63,308 nucleotides of DNA, filler included, from Choristocarpus tenellus KU-1152 (GCA_964200185.2; 10 parts of 10 records of this genome joined end to end with filler, not necessarily neighbours in it), one strand, 5' to 3'; counted from the whole stretch's first letter, positions 1 through 13,599 are shown. Notes: generated by a model from the letters alone, not told the origin. Program-made: numbers and translations.

Positions 1-282
1 AAAGTATCCCGCCTCGGCCTCCCACCCCTGTCCACCTTCCCCCCCCCCCCCCCCCCCCGACGTTTTTTCATCAGATGTCAAAGTCGCCCCACAAATACAA
101 GCACTAACGACTGAGCCGACCACACCACAAATAGATGCAGTTAGAAACATGGCAAACATCTCTATGAAATCTCCACAGTACAACGTACTCCAGACCGGGG
201 GAGAGTGGGGGGGTGGGGTGAGACTAGTGTCAACTCTTAAGCACATCACTTTCTGTTTAATAACCTCCTTTTTCCGTCACAC

Positions 283-3200
283 CTGTGCTTTTTCCAATTA
301 TCGGAATTGAGTTCGTACTGTTCAGCAGGTTGTATGTGTCTTAAACATGGCCCCCATCGTAGGCTCTGAGAAGCGCTCCTAACACAACTGTACCCAGGCT
401 TTCCTCGCCCAGCGCTCACGGGAGGCATTGTCCTGACTCTCTTCACGCGACCCTTGTCAAAAACGCCTCCAATCCTGAGGAAGAGAAAAAAGAAGAAAAA
501 GAAGAAGAAAAATGTGAGAACCCGTCGGACGACGAGGGGACACACACACACTACGACAGTGGGGGCATCCCTCAGCGTCTTTTCCTCTCAAACCAGGGAG
601 GAAACGAAAAAAAAGAAGAGAGAGGTGATTCCACACGCAAACCCTACCCGAAGGTTGTTGTGAGGGCCGTGCAACTAGTACAACAACATGTGCAACTCGA
701 ACTCAGTGAGGCTATCAGAGCGCCACTCCAGAGCCCATTCCAGAGCCTGCAACAGCGAGTGAGAGTGATGACTGCCTGTGCACAGATTGGTCAATGAACA
801 CACCCCACAGGTTTGAGCAGCAACCCTACATCTAAGAGGTGTCTGAGTATGACACGACATCGGAGATTTATCCACCAGAACTCTTCTGCACTAATTTAAT
901 CAATCATTAGAGGTACCTCTGCAGTGGGGCCCTACTGCAATGTCAGGGTACAGTCTATGTTCATACCACAAAAAACACACGTGTAGCTCTGTTTGTCGGT
1001 GTGTACCCATGAGAGATGGAACTCCTTGAAGCGTACTTGCACAGGAAGAGTAGTCCAACACATATTCAACATCACATAACTTTCCACAACTAAACTATTC
1101 AAGCACTGTCATGCCTAACTAAGCCCCCGCCCCTCCCCCCCCTATGTTACCTTTTCTTATCAGAATCTGCATATGGCGTGCTGCTGTCACCAGTGGCATG
1201 TGCATCACCCTCAAGCTCTTGCTCTTTTCCACCTCCTTCCACAATTGAATTGCTTACCATTTTTGACCTTTGGTTTTATTGCGGGGAAAATGGGATCATT
1301 GAGGCAATAAACAACCACAGGGCATCAGAGATGACAACCCTAACCCTTTCAACAAGCCATGACAACTGTGTATTGGTTCAGTCGATTCAAGCACCCTAAC
1401 CCTAAAGATGGAGGAGCCTAGTGCATATGCTTATGCCAATTATGTAAAAACATCCTACACACCACACGCACACATGAAGGAGTAAATGTTATCGTCTCCC
1501 CACCTCCCATGACTGCCTCCAACAACATCACACCAACAGTATTCCACTTTGCAGAAGACTGACAACTGGGTTTTGTTTCCAGGACCTCATGCCTTGGTGC
1601 TACACTAACTCTGGCGAGATTATCTACAAATCCCATTATCAAGCAACAACACACTTTTAGCAAAACTCCAAGCCCCAAGCCTAGCTAACACACCAAGCTT
1701 ATCCCAAACCCTAACCCTAAACCCTAACACTATTTTATCCCTACGCCTACGATCTCACCCAGGTGCACCAAGGATAGCTTGCCGGTAGTTTGTGATCTGC
1801 TCATGGATGGTAAAGGCAATTGCAGACTCCATTTCCTACATTGTCAACACACAAGACAAAAAATAAGAAAGAGGGGAGGGGGGGGGTGGAGAGGTGCAGT
1901 ACATTGATTCCCGCTGTTACACATACAGAGGTTGATATTCAACAACACAACGAGACCACAAAAAATCACAATACTCATGTGAAGGCACATCCCATCCAAG
2001 CACTATCAAAACATTTTTGGCTGGGGTTGGGTCGGGTCCCACCTGTGGCAAGGAAAGGTCTCCAGCAGTACGCCTGGCAAAGGTTTCAGGGCTGCTGTAC
2101 ATGCAGTTGATGTCCCATTCGATAATATCCTGGTACACCAGGGACCTGTACCTCACGTCAATATGGATAGGGTGTAAGCTTTCCTTTGAAGGGGCAATTG
2201 TCCCCTCTCTAACCCAGGCAGGGAGTGAGATTTCAAATGCAAGGAGCTGGTCCGAGATAGAGGCTGCCACCAGGCTTTCAAAGGATCGCGGCAGACCAAG
2301 ATCGGAACAAGTCATCACCGCAAACGCCTCCGGGGACAGCTTTGAAACAAGCAACCAGTGAATGTTTTTTGGGGGGGTTGGAAACATTGGAGGTCATGGG
2401 ATCAGGTTGAGAATCAACTAGATTTCGCTCTACTTACAGGGGTGCTAGCGCTTGATGCATATGCCACGTGGCACTATGAATGCACCAAATAAGAAGTTTG
2501 TTGATCATGCAATGATCTGTCCTTTGCCTCTAGCGATGCATGCACATGTAAGTGGGGGGTGGGGGGTGGGTGGGTGGGTGGGAAAAATCTCCCATGAAGG
2601 GGACATTGCAACCAAGAATAAGTACTCAAAAAAAGGTACATCTTGATATAAACCTATGTGACTGGATAGACATTATTGCACCTGCTGCTCGTGCATGTCC
2701 CACACTAAAGAGTCCACCAGTCTGACTCCATCCATCTCTACATCCAGCTTGATAGGGACCAGGCATTCCCTTGCAACACCCCACAATGCTGTCTCCTGCC
2801 ATGGATCTCCTGCCAGAGCAGCCGCTGGCACATACACTGGCTCTCGCTCAGGCATCCAATGATCCTCAGTTGTGCTTTTTATCAATAACTTGCTGGGGTC
2901 CTCAGTGCTGTCAGTAGTAGCAACAACGGGGTTTGTGTCCTTGACCTTGAGATCCTGAACTTTATCGCCTCCTGAATTATCCTCTAAATCCTTTTTACTG
3001 TTATTTATCGATTGCCGTTCCTGCCCAACAATCCCAGCGACCTCTCCCCCAACCATAGGAGTAGTGACCTTGTCAGTGATTGGAGGGACACTGACATTGT
3101 CGATACCTACGCGAGGACCTGCCTGGCTGGGCTCATTATCTGGCGGAGTTCTCGCAGGTTCCTGACTGGCGGCCATGCTTGACTTGTCAGGTTTTGGGAA

Positions 3201-4145
3201 GTTGACATGACCTTCTGGAGACATCAATGGTGCTCCCCCCAATGGTAGCTGGGGTGGCCCACTCTCCACATCTGGCAATCGAAGAGGTGGTAGCTTAACC
3301 CCCGTTGGCAAGCCTTGACTCTGACGTTCTCTTGTTAGACTATGTTGAACTAGTCCGTGGTCAGGCCCAACTGTCGGTGGTAGCCATGACGGTCGACGTG
3401 CCAAGTCAGACTTTGGAACACTGCTCTCTGGTGTCAAGCGCGTGGTTGCCATAAGGTCACGAGATATTCTGCCGTCCGTCGACTCCCCCCTTTCAAAAGG
3501 AACGTGAGATCTCCGCATGCCCTCAACACCAAGTGAATTTCCAATATTAACTGCAGGGGATTCCACCCCATCCAACGCAGTATGGGTCATGCGTGTGCCT
3601 TCAATGCCTAGCGAGCTTCCTGGTGGGGGACTCGCCAATTTATGTATCTCTTTTCCTGTTCGCCATCCTGAAGGTGTCAGTGGTGTCGTGAAGTGCGCGT
3701 GACGATGTTCGTCAAAACCGCTTGTCGAATCAGCACTTGATGCTACCTTGGGATTGGGAAGTTTTGCTTCGGCACCAACATCGCTTGGGTGTGTCAAGAG
3801 CTTCGCAGCAGGACCTACCAGTCCGCCGCTGGAAGTATCTGTAGAGGGTGTTCCAGACATAGATGTTGACCGCTGGGGTTGACGTAGCGGACCATCAAAG
3901 ACGGATGGATTTGCTGTGTTAATATTCTTCCGAAATTCCTGTGGTGGAACACCAGAAGCTGTGTGACGGAGAGGAAGGGATTGGTGTGGCCACTTCCCAA
4001 GTCCAGGAATCGTGCCTACTACAGCAGGGTGGGGGGATGATGTCGGAGTGGAGGTTGCGGAAGGTTGAGGATCAAGTTCGACATCAATCGAATCCCTAGC
4101 TTCACCAACATCCTCCCCAAAGGACGTAGTGTTCTGGTGATCCAT
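283..4145 (-). CDS. SNF5: SNF5/SMARCB1/INI1-family SWI/SNF chromatin-remodelling subunit with a long low-complexity N-terminus (spliced; 3' end probably incomplete)
   Basis: Phase-consistent GT-AG exons 4145-2682, 2339-2043, 1835-1759 and 474-283. They give two SNF5 repeats (LVPIKLDVEMDGVRLVDSLVWD..LSPEAFAVMTCSDLGLP; LHPIHIDVRYRSLVYQDIIEWDIN..SPETFARRTAGDLSLPQEMESAIAFTIHEQI) and a C-terminal VRS..WGPCL motif. Confidence 0.88.
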
Positions 4146-5014
4146 CTACAAGGAGAACTTCCTATCCCAGACAAAGATGACTGTAGTCGCAGTGTTTCCA
4201 TTGTTTAAACTCAAAACTCCTTGGAGTTTATAAATATTGAAAAGCGTGTTAAGTACTATTTTGTCCAAAAAAAATCAGGACTTGTGGTGGTGGTGGATTG
4301 GAAAGGTGACAGCATTGCGGAGGACCCTGTCTGTCTCACTGAGACAAATTTGCTGTGAAGGTAAGGGAAGTGACACCTATTAGTGCTAGATTATCTTGAT
4401 AATCCTCTGTGTTAGTTAATGGTCGAGACCATATATAGTAAATACCTGTGTGGTCATTTGGATGGAGGGTTTGGTCATTTCGTTGGACTACAGTGTTGTG
4501 CTTTGGTGTCTTGCGATAGGGCTTGATCACTGAAGGATAAGTGCGTCGAAGGAAAGGTTGAGGGATGTTTATATGTGGAAAGGTACGATGGATGTGTGAG
4601 TGCCCACACGTGGCGTTGGTGTCGCCGATTGTCTGCGGGGCTTAGGGTTGGGGCAAGATGATGTGTCGAGGGGGGACCAATCTCATGCTGAAATCCGAGA
4701 TCACCCCGTTTGTACTGAAAAGAGGGCATAAGACTGCATTGATGTTTTGGAGGAACCGAAGAACTTCCCGGAATGAGTACGCATAGGTACAGGAGAAGCA
4801 GCTCTCGACGCGTGCTCTTTTGGTTTTGAGTGTATCAGGAGCTGGGTCGAGCCACGCATCAATCCACAGCTGGGCAGGAGGAATATTGGAACTAAGAAAT
4901 ATTAGGAGGCAACTCTCCCCCTTGGCGTGGACTTAAGTAGAAGTTCAGTGTGCTGATTCCCCGCCATGCTTCTCCTTTCCATGCACTCGGCTCTGGTTAC
5001 ATGTTGGGAAATAG

Positions 5015-7116
5015 ATGGTGAACGTTCCCAAGGAGAGGCGAACTTACTGCAAGGCCAAGGGGTGCAGCAAGCATACTGTGCACAAGGTCACACAGTACAA
5101 GGCCGGAAAGGCTTCCAACTTTGCCCAGGTGCGCTCGTCGCTTCTTCTCATACTTGAGACATGTTGATCTATTGAAGTCATGAAGTAAAGCACAGACTTT
5201 GCTTACCTGTGTTCACTATTTTACACACCTTACTCGTCGCTTCTCCTCATACTTGAGACATGTTGATCTACTGAAGTCATGAAGTAAAGCACAGTTTTCT
5301 CAGACTTTCCTTACCTGTGTTCACTATTTTACACACCTTACCTTGTACCTGAGCTGCGTCTGTGTATTCGTGCCGAGGACTTGGTAGTTTTAGAAGGGGT
5401 ATGCTTTCAAATTGACTTCAATTGTGGTCAAGTTGTCGTTTACATGTACTTACCTGACTAAAGGACGCGGATAATAGGTTTCAAGTTCGTAAGATGCATA
5501 CTCACCCCACAAGACAAGTTGTTGATGTGTGCCTGTTCACATATCCACTATGAAATATGTTCTCCCTTCTTCAATAACACCTACCCCCCAAAAAAATGTG
5601 TGTGTGTCCCAACTTTTGAGGGATTGTTTTTCCAAAAATGTGTGTGGATTTGATTGAATTGACAGCGCTTCTGGTCAACACTTGACACAGCATTGATATC
5701 ATCCCAACCCCCTGAATTGTGTTAAATAATGTGCCTGAAATAATTGTCACAGTTCTTTTTGTCAATTTTTTGTGTGAGGGCTTTCACAATATTGCCTCAG
5801 TTCGTATTGTATGTGTTCCCGTTTTCTGGTTGCATGTATGGTTTGGTTCTTCCGTTTAACTTTTGATGTGTGCTTGCTTATCATGTTGCTGATTTGATCG
5901 ATTGCAGGGGAAGCGTCGTTATGACCACAAGCAGATGGGTTTCGGTGGGCAGACCAAGCCTATCTTCCACAAGAAGGTAAGAGAAACACAAGAATGATAA
6001 TTATTCTCATTACCCGTATTGCATGCCTGATAGTATCTGCTGTACAGCTTTGTGAATCACCCTTGAGAATTTCATCCCGCTCCCCTATTTTTATTAAAGT
6101 TTGAAGCACAGGCACATAGTGAGTATAGGTACATCGTGGACATGGTGTGGGTACAAGCGGGACGGTAAGGAATGGTGTAGAAACTTGTAAAAAGGCTAAG
6201 GAAGTATTCCTTGCTAATAGGTATTCACAATGGAGTTCGAGAATTTACAGAGGATAGTGTACCTTGTGTTGATTTTTTAAAATGCCTGATGGTCTTAATT
6301 GAGAAATAAATGATCAGTTGTCATTTCACATGTTATCGTCTGCGATATCTAGCACTAAATGCCACATCTGCTCAATACATAACTGCTGCACAGGACCTAC
6401 GAGCATGAATTGTAATTAGCTATTGCAAAAAATTGTGTTAGGGTTAGAGAGTGCCCTTTTTTGGATGATTTGAATTACAAGTATAATTTTGTACCAAGGC
6501 TGTACTTGCTTTCGCGTGGAGTATTTGGTACTATGCCATATTTGGTAGAACATCTGCAAGTTGGAAATGAAACAGTGTAGATATTATGTAGTGATTTGGG
6601 GTTGAAGGAATGAGGAATAATAATCCATACGCTCTGAATAGGTTTTTTCATTGTAATACCCTAACCCTAAGAAATCCTTGAAAAACCTAAACGTTACACC
6701 ATCCACACATCAACTAAACCATCATCATGGCCCTTCAACTTTTTGAATGGAGTGCTGTGGGCATTGACACAGTCTTGACAATGGATTGAGGTAAATGAAC
6801 TATGTGAGGTGCTGAGGGGTCTCTCTAGGGAGCCTTTCCAATGTTTTTTGACATTGGGGTGTGGCATGGTGGTGCCTAAATGATGTATGTGGTTTGATTT
6901 GGGGGTTTTGTGTATGTACCAAGATTCGCATTAAGATAATTGTCTGGCTATATTAACCATTGATGTGTGTGTGTATGTCATCAGGCTAAGACAACAAAGA
7001 AGGTGACCCTTCGTCTGGAGTGTAAGGAGTGCAAGGCCAAGAAACAGTTGGTCATCAAGCGTTGCAAGCACTTTGAGTTGGGAGAGAAGAAGCAGGCCAC
7101 TGGTCACCAGTACTGA
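5015..7116 (+). CDS. RPL36A: 60S ribosomal protein eL42 (L36a/L44), complete, 104 aa
   Basis: Exons 5015-5128, 5908-5976 and 6985-7116 translate to [104 protein letters not shown]. Confidence 0.97.
5134..5341. repeat. ~99-bp tandem duplication in RPL36A intron 1
   Basis: ctcgtcgctt...ttttacacaccttac occurs at 5134 and 5233. The copies are nearly identical; the second carries a ~9-nt insert. Confidence 0.9.
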
Positions 7117-8389
7117 TCAACAACTGTTTGGTTATACATGTGCATGGTGTTGGTATGTTAGCCCTGATGGTGTGGTGTGTTGAGGTTCTGCAGGATGTAG
7201 TCTAGACCCTGCTGGTGTTGACCTTGTCTTGTTGACTACGATAGTGCACTCATCAGGGCTATTCGAATCTTGATTATTCTCCTTCTAAGCACAGCTTGTT
7301 CTCCGCAAAACAATCTCTCTCTTGGGCATGGTGACATGGTGTTCTTACCCTTAGCATCCTTCCTCTTTTCTGTAAGGTGCCACTTCTTGTTGGTACTGAC
7401 TCCATGTTGGTCCTTTCCTTTTGGACCTCTCCGTATGTCAGAGGTGACGCATGGAACACCTGGTTAAACTGCTACATCACTGTCGAGTGTAGGTTATGGT
7501 GATCGCCAAGTACTACTACTGTGTATGCAGCACTCATCCGCTGTGTTGATTTGATTCATACGACTGTTCCTCGGTTGAGCCTTGAGTATTGCCTGCGTGA
7601 GGTCAACATCATGCCTTCATGGTAAGGCATATCTTGTACTATTTCTTGCTTACCAACCTTGACACCTTACAAACAGCCTAGGATCCCAAGTACTGTGGGG
7701 CAGGTCACGCAATATGCCTGCTGATCGACTTTTCCTGTGGAAGGATGTGCTTCTCTCCAGCAACAGATTATGATGACTATAGTGTATTCACCTAATGTAT
7801 TGGAGATGGATTATATTGCTGATGCCTTCACTGGATCAGATATATCTCTTAATCATCTAGTCAGCTTTGGGCATGTCCCTGATGCTGAACTTCTAGGACC
7901 CTCTATATGTAAGGAGCTTGATTTTATGATGCACCTATTCAAAGAGACTGGGTGATAAACAATGTGATCATGACAGAAATCAAAGGTTGAATTGAGATAT
8001 ACCTTGTGTCACCTGTCGTACTCTTGATACTGACACTCTAACTTCCCACGAAAATATGTGAACAGATTCAAAATGGACCTACCTTTTGTACCCTGCACCC
8101 CTTAATCACTCATTCTTGATTTGATTAATTCAGCTATGGTACTTCAGATGTTGCCTTCCATGACTTGTCCAATCATCCCATTCCTAAGACTTGATGCTAA
8201 TTCATTGTAAGACAATGTGCTAAGCACGGTGATGGCTATACTTTTTCAAGTTGTCTTTCCTTTTTTTTAAATTGTGATATTTACATATGCCTCAGTAACA
8301 TTACTTGAATGTCAGGATTCTTTGTGAGAAGTGTTCTTGGACTAGAGAACCACTGCACCCCAGACTCTCCTTCAATCATCCACATGCCG

Positions 8390-11300
8390 CTATATGGAGT
8401 ACTTGTGGAGTAGGTAATTGGTATGGATTTCACTCTTTGTTGGTGCCCTCCCCTCTACATCCTCATCAGTTGTCTCCATATCCAACCCGTGAAGCTCTTC
8501 CCCTTCCACCTGAATTGCACAGGGAGGTGGTGCGATGAGCTTCTTATTGAAGTTCACTTTTCCCATCAAGAAGTCTTTCAGGAAGTAATAAGGTCCAGCC
8601 ATTAAACCAATGGCATGTTGCAAGACTCTTCCACACTTCTCTCTGGCACCTCGTCTTCGAATGAACCACTTTGCATTATGCTGACCGATATTCATGACCT
8701 GTGCATCAAAGACCAGGGTGCTGTATGGTGGCACCTCAAACCCTGCATACACCTCCCCAAAGGCATAGTCAGATCGTACCTCAACCTTTGCCCTCTCTCC
8801 GAGGCTCATGTGTGAAACGGCTATGTCCAGCCCCCTAAGCACAGTTCCCCGTGTGTGGAAGAGGAAGCGAGCATCAACCGAACCTTGTACCAAGTCAGAG
8901 GCACTCTCCTCTTCTTTGAGCTTGAGTTGGTACCACTGCATCTGACTGCCCTCCATGCTGACCTCAAGCAGAGCTTTAGGGGATCTCTTAACCTGGAGTA
9001 TGGTGTTGTGCAGATGGAAGAGAGAGGGCATCTTTTGCCGAATCCTTTGAAAGGGACTCAGTACAACCCGAGGCTTTTCCTTGATCTTGAGGCTGGGGAT
9101 GAGGGTGATGACTATCCATTGTTGAGTGTTGTTATCCTGATATTCAACCAGGATGCCTCTGTCTTTCTCAAAGCGCTTGACGTGTGCTGTGATCATGCAT
9201 GTGTGTAGCAGAAGGTCATGTTGGTGCGTGATCCGTGCTTGATGGGAAGGTAAACACCCAGGATGTTGTGGTAGTCTATTGCTATTCTAACACCATGAGC
9301 TAACTGATGTTCATTTATTAATGTATGGTCAACTGTTCATGAATGCAGATGATGCCCCAAACTCAGATGGTGTCACTCTAAATCAGGTCACACTCACTAC
9401 TCAAGGTAACTATTGTTCTGGGCGTTTGAATTAAACGGCTGGATATTTGGACAGAGATTGTAAGGTAGAACACAGCATCGTTTTGAGAATTTTGGCTAGT
9501 TCTCAGTTGTAGAAATGGCGTTATAAAGTGGTTAGGATTTGAAATTATTTGAGTAATGAAAAAACGGACCTAACTACTGAGGGCAAAAATTGGCTCAAGG
9601 TAGATAAAGAGATAAAAAAGGTCAACCCTGATGCCAGCAGCACCTCCCGAATTGCCACAACCAGGCATAATAATGTAATATCAACAACACCGCAACTGCC
9701 TAATGTACTTCCTACATCTGCTTTTGATGGTACAGCCTTCAGAATACAGGTAAAAAATGGGCGACAAACTGCAGTATCCTCAACACCTCATCAAGCCCCG
9801 AGTGGATAACCCGACCTAACATACCTCCCTGTAGTATACTATTGGCCCACAGCACAGTCCTATCCCCTAAGGCAACAAAAAGTGCTTACCGTGACAGGAC
9901 TTTTTTGTTGTTGTAAGGCACAGCAGTTGATATTTTTTGCAATGTTTGGCCAATTAGTTTAAGCTCATTGCTTTGAAGTATTACGATCGATTACTACTCC
10001 ATATTCATCAAGCTCGGCAAGGCTCCTGATCTTTCTGGATGGAATTTAGGAGCAACAGATTTGAAAAAAACTCCCTTCTTTGCAGTCAAGCAACTCTCCA
10101 CGATGGTCATATATATACAGAGATTGCTTGCAAAGGAAAATACACAGCTCACTTGCTCCAGGGCCAGTCTCCACCAATGAACTGAGAAATGAAATAGTCT
10201 TGCATGTCAAGAACATGCAAGGGTGTGTGTGTGTATAGTATGCACCCACCATGTTGTATGTAGTGTATGTTACATAAGGAAATGAAGCCAATCGATTCAA
10301 TCAATAAACCTCACTTACCGTCCCGATACAGGAGAGCTGTTGGAGAATCCCCATTTGATTGACCCGCTTGGGTATGATCAAGGCTCATGTTTGGACCATC
10401 CTTCATCATGTGCTCATATTGTTCTGCTGACACCCCAAGGGAATCGTCCAACCCTTTCAGATCCTGCTTCTCTGCAGAATCAGGTCTCTCATCCTGTTTC
10501 TTCTCACCTTCTTTGTTCATCACACCGGAAGCAGAATCCTCCAAAGAGGGATCCTCATTGCTCTTTTTGATGTCCGATGTTTCTGCCTGACTGTCCTTGT
10601 CCGCATTTGACTGACTCTCTAATTCTTCCTCGTCGCTTTCCCCAACATCTGCTGAGGCAGGAACATCCTGGGCTGTAACCTCCATGCAAGTCTCTAACTG
10701 TGGAACCCCAACAATCATATCGTCAGTTTCACCTTTACCTTGTACATCACTCTTCTTGAGCTTTCGAATGAAGTTCTGGATTTTATTTATATCTACTTCT
10801 CCCAGCTCCTTCCCATTTTCATCTAGTAATCCGTCAAGACTATTACTACCATTACTCTCTATCAGCTGTAGGAGCTGCGGGCCGTCCAGCTCTACCTGAC
10901 CGAGCAGATCGTGACTGCCAATGCGATCCCAATCTAAGCACTCGACACGGAGTCTAGACTGCTCAACAGACTTGAGTCCGTCAGGGCCAATGTCTACCTC
11001 AAACACCTCCGTGTCCCACGATGGGCATAGCGTATCATTGATATGTTCTGTGGAGCCGATGTGTTCGTTGTTCCAATACACCTATGGGTAGCAGGCACGG
11101 TCAACTTAGAGTTCAACTATTGGTCAAAGGTTGACTGCAATTCCCCTTCCTGAGTGTATTATTTGCAAGGAATGTGTATTCCACACAAGCCTTTCTAATG
11201 AGTTCAAAATAAATTCTTCTTGTAAATGTTTTTGATGGTGTTGATGTGAATGCCTGCACCACTTACCTCTTGCGTAACCAGATAACCTCTGACTCTTGAC

Positions 11301-12930
11301 TGAAACAATGATCACATCTCTTTTACTATTTGTGCATTGGGATTTGCTGTGTTCCCACAAATGCATAGGACCTCACACGAAATAAGAAGACATGAAATCA
11401 ACAAAATATCAAATGCTATGGTCTTTCAATACTTTCATGTTGGTAGGAGCAATTCTTCTAGAGTTTATTTGCAAGACAAGTTCTCATTCATAAATATATC
11501 ACCCTGATGTGGTCGAGCATGAAGATATGGCTGTGGATCATTGTAGAGTTCGTCATGCAGATTCCAGTATAATCCTGACTTGATTTTCATGGTCTAGATT
11601 GAAGTTGAAAGATTGTTGTGACAAATATGTACTTAAATGTATGCATGAGTTGTCGGACACTACCACAACTTGTTCGGAAAAAATACTTTGAAGCTGCTAG
11701 ATCTGGAGAAATGTGTATGTCTTGACTACCTTACTGCTACCTGTGGCGGCGGTTCTTTGCTACAACAACCTGAAGAGAACACGATGGAGCCTGTTGTACC
11801 TGCTATTTGCGAGTGCCCTCCTGAAGTAAGTTAAACGCCCACCTTGCAGTATGGATCACTCAAGCTGAAGGGATCGGCGATGGGCAAGTCTTCTCCCTGT
11901 ACCACATGAACCAGAAGCTTGCTCTCGTGTAAAGCTACTCTAAGCCCCAGCTTGCCGCTGCTTTGCTTCGCCCCAAGAGGAAATGACAAGCGCTCCTCTT
12001 CACACGTTTTGTCATGGCGTGCCCTTCGGAGGATGCTTAAAATGTCGGCGTCACTGACTAGTACACGCCCAAGGAAATCGTTCTTGGAAAGACTATCCCA
12101 GTCATAAACATCTATGCGTAGCTTAGGTAGAGCGGCACGGTCGTTGAAGAGTAGGGGTATATTTTCGTCACGCAGGGCAACCTGGAAGTTCTCCGACATA
12201 GGGAGAATGAATGTCTGGTTTGTCCACTTTGGATTTAGCGTCATGTACTTCGTGGTGGTGACTCCCACCAGGGCATCTTTCCAGTACACCGCACAGTATG
12301 GATCACTGTATCCCAAAATATCAGCCGCACCAAGGTCGGTGCACCCCAGCAACTGAAAATGGACACAAGGACCGGAGCATCCGCTCTGAAACGTAAGGGG
12401 TTGTTTGTCTTGTTTGCACGGGGTATCGTGCGTTGTCAAGGAGTACTCCAGTGTGACCCATTCATGCATTTTGCTGAACGTCAAGCCATTTCCTTCTTCG
12501 AGAGTCTGAACAACGACTGGTTCCCCCCCCACGATAGGGTGGGGTTTATGCTCATGTTTTCCCCGCTTGCGTGCGTGATAATTGAAAAAGCATGGTTGGC
12601 AGTACGGCCTCGCACTCCCGACCTTACCACAATCGTGGCAGAGGAAAAAAGCTGGAGAGACATCACCACGTTGGACGCATTGCCAACACTGAAGTGGAGA
12701 CTGAACCTCGTCGAACTCTATTTGACTCGCCAAGGATCGATACCTTAGTGGGTCTATCATTGCTACATGACAGGGGTGAACAAACCAATGGCAGTTTCAA
12801 TTTACAATAAGTAAAATTATTATTCTTCGAATTATTATGAAAACCTCTCTCAAACAAATCATATTCTCCTGGTACTTGTGAGGCATGCGTCCTTACCTAC
12901 CTCTGTTCTCTCTGTTTGACCCTCTTTCAT
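8390..12930 (-). CDS. Multidomain protein: B-box-like zinc finger, FKBP N-half, two C2 domains, acidic linker, FKBP C-half
   Basis: Phase-consistent model 12930-12897, 12762-11843, 11081-10319, 9237-8390; the first exon and the last acceptor are less certain. Motifs: CWQC..CHDC..YCQPCF..H..HEH (B-box-like); DILGYSDPYC..YDWDSLSKNDFLG and DPFSLSDPYCKVYW..LDWDRIGSHDLLG (C2); VLRGLDIAVSHMSLGERAKVEVRSDYAFG..VPPYSTLVFD (FKBP C-half). Confidence 0.82.
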
Positions 12931-13599
12931 AATGAGCAACAAAACTAGAAATGGGTAACCATTGTTTATCTCCGTCGGACCACAAGCTTAATGGAAACAA
13001 CCAAACCAGAGACTAACGCAAAACTTTCCAATTTCTGCGATATTATTGCTTCAATCACAATGCGAATTATCCCTTCTTAGTTGGACCATAGAAAATAGGT
13101 AGGTGAAAACTTCCATTTTCATGGGAGCAACAAGAACGCAGTAGGAGGATAAGGTTCTCCTTGTCCAGCATTACATGCTTCTTTCTTTCAGTGATTAGGC
13201 TGTGGTGTGGGTGCATAATACTATGTCGAGGTGTACTTCCTGTCCGTATTTTTGTCTGCTATAAATTGTTATTTTGAGATTTTAAATTTTAGACTGCTGG
13301 GTACTGTACTTCTACCTGTAGTAGTCTTAAGGCCCAAAGATAGAAGTATGACTAGTGTAGAGGCGCAGACTTTAGATGTAAAGTAAGCAATCAGAACATG
13401 AAATTCATTTGTAATGAGTACAGGCTATATTAACATTCAACCTCCAGAATAATTTTCTACATTGTCTAGAACACTATCATTCTCGCGAGTGTGACAGATT
13501 GTCACCCTCGCGAAAAAACCTCAAGGAGGGTATGCATTCGAGGCGTTATTTGCAACAATGAAGATTAGTACATTCTCCAAGAAAAAGTTTGTCAAGTAA

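Noticed and set aside
5957-5965. Cycloheximide-resistance allele of eL42
   Set aside because: The residue equivalent to yeast P56 is Pro (GQTKPIF), the ordinary sensitive form.
5993-6030. C/D-box snoRNA candidate in RPL36A intron 2 (atgataa...ctga, partial 18S antisense resemblance)
   Set aside because: Too short, imperfect C box, mismatched guide and no terminal stem.
9349-9809. Plus-strand exon-like or ORF segments inside the last intron of the C2/FKBP gene (possible inversion)
   Set aside because: The minus-strand exons splice in frame without them; I saw no breakpoint repeats and no recognisable homology.
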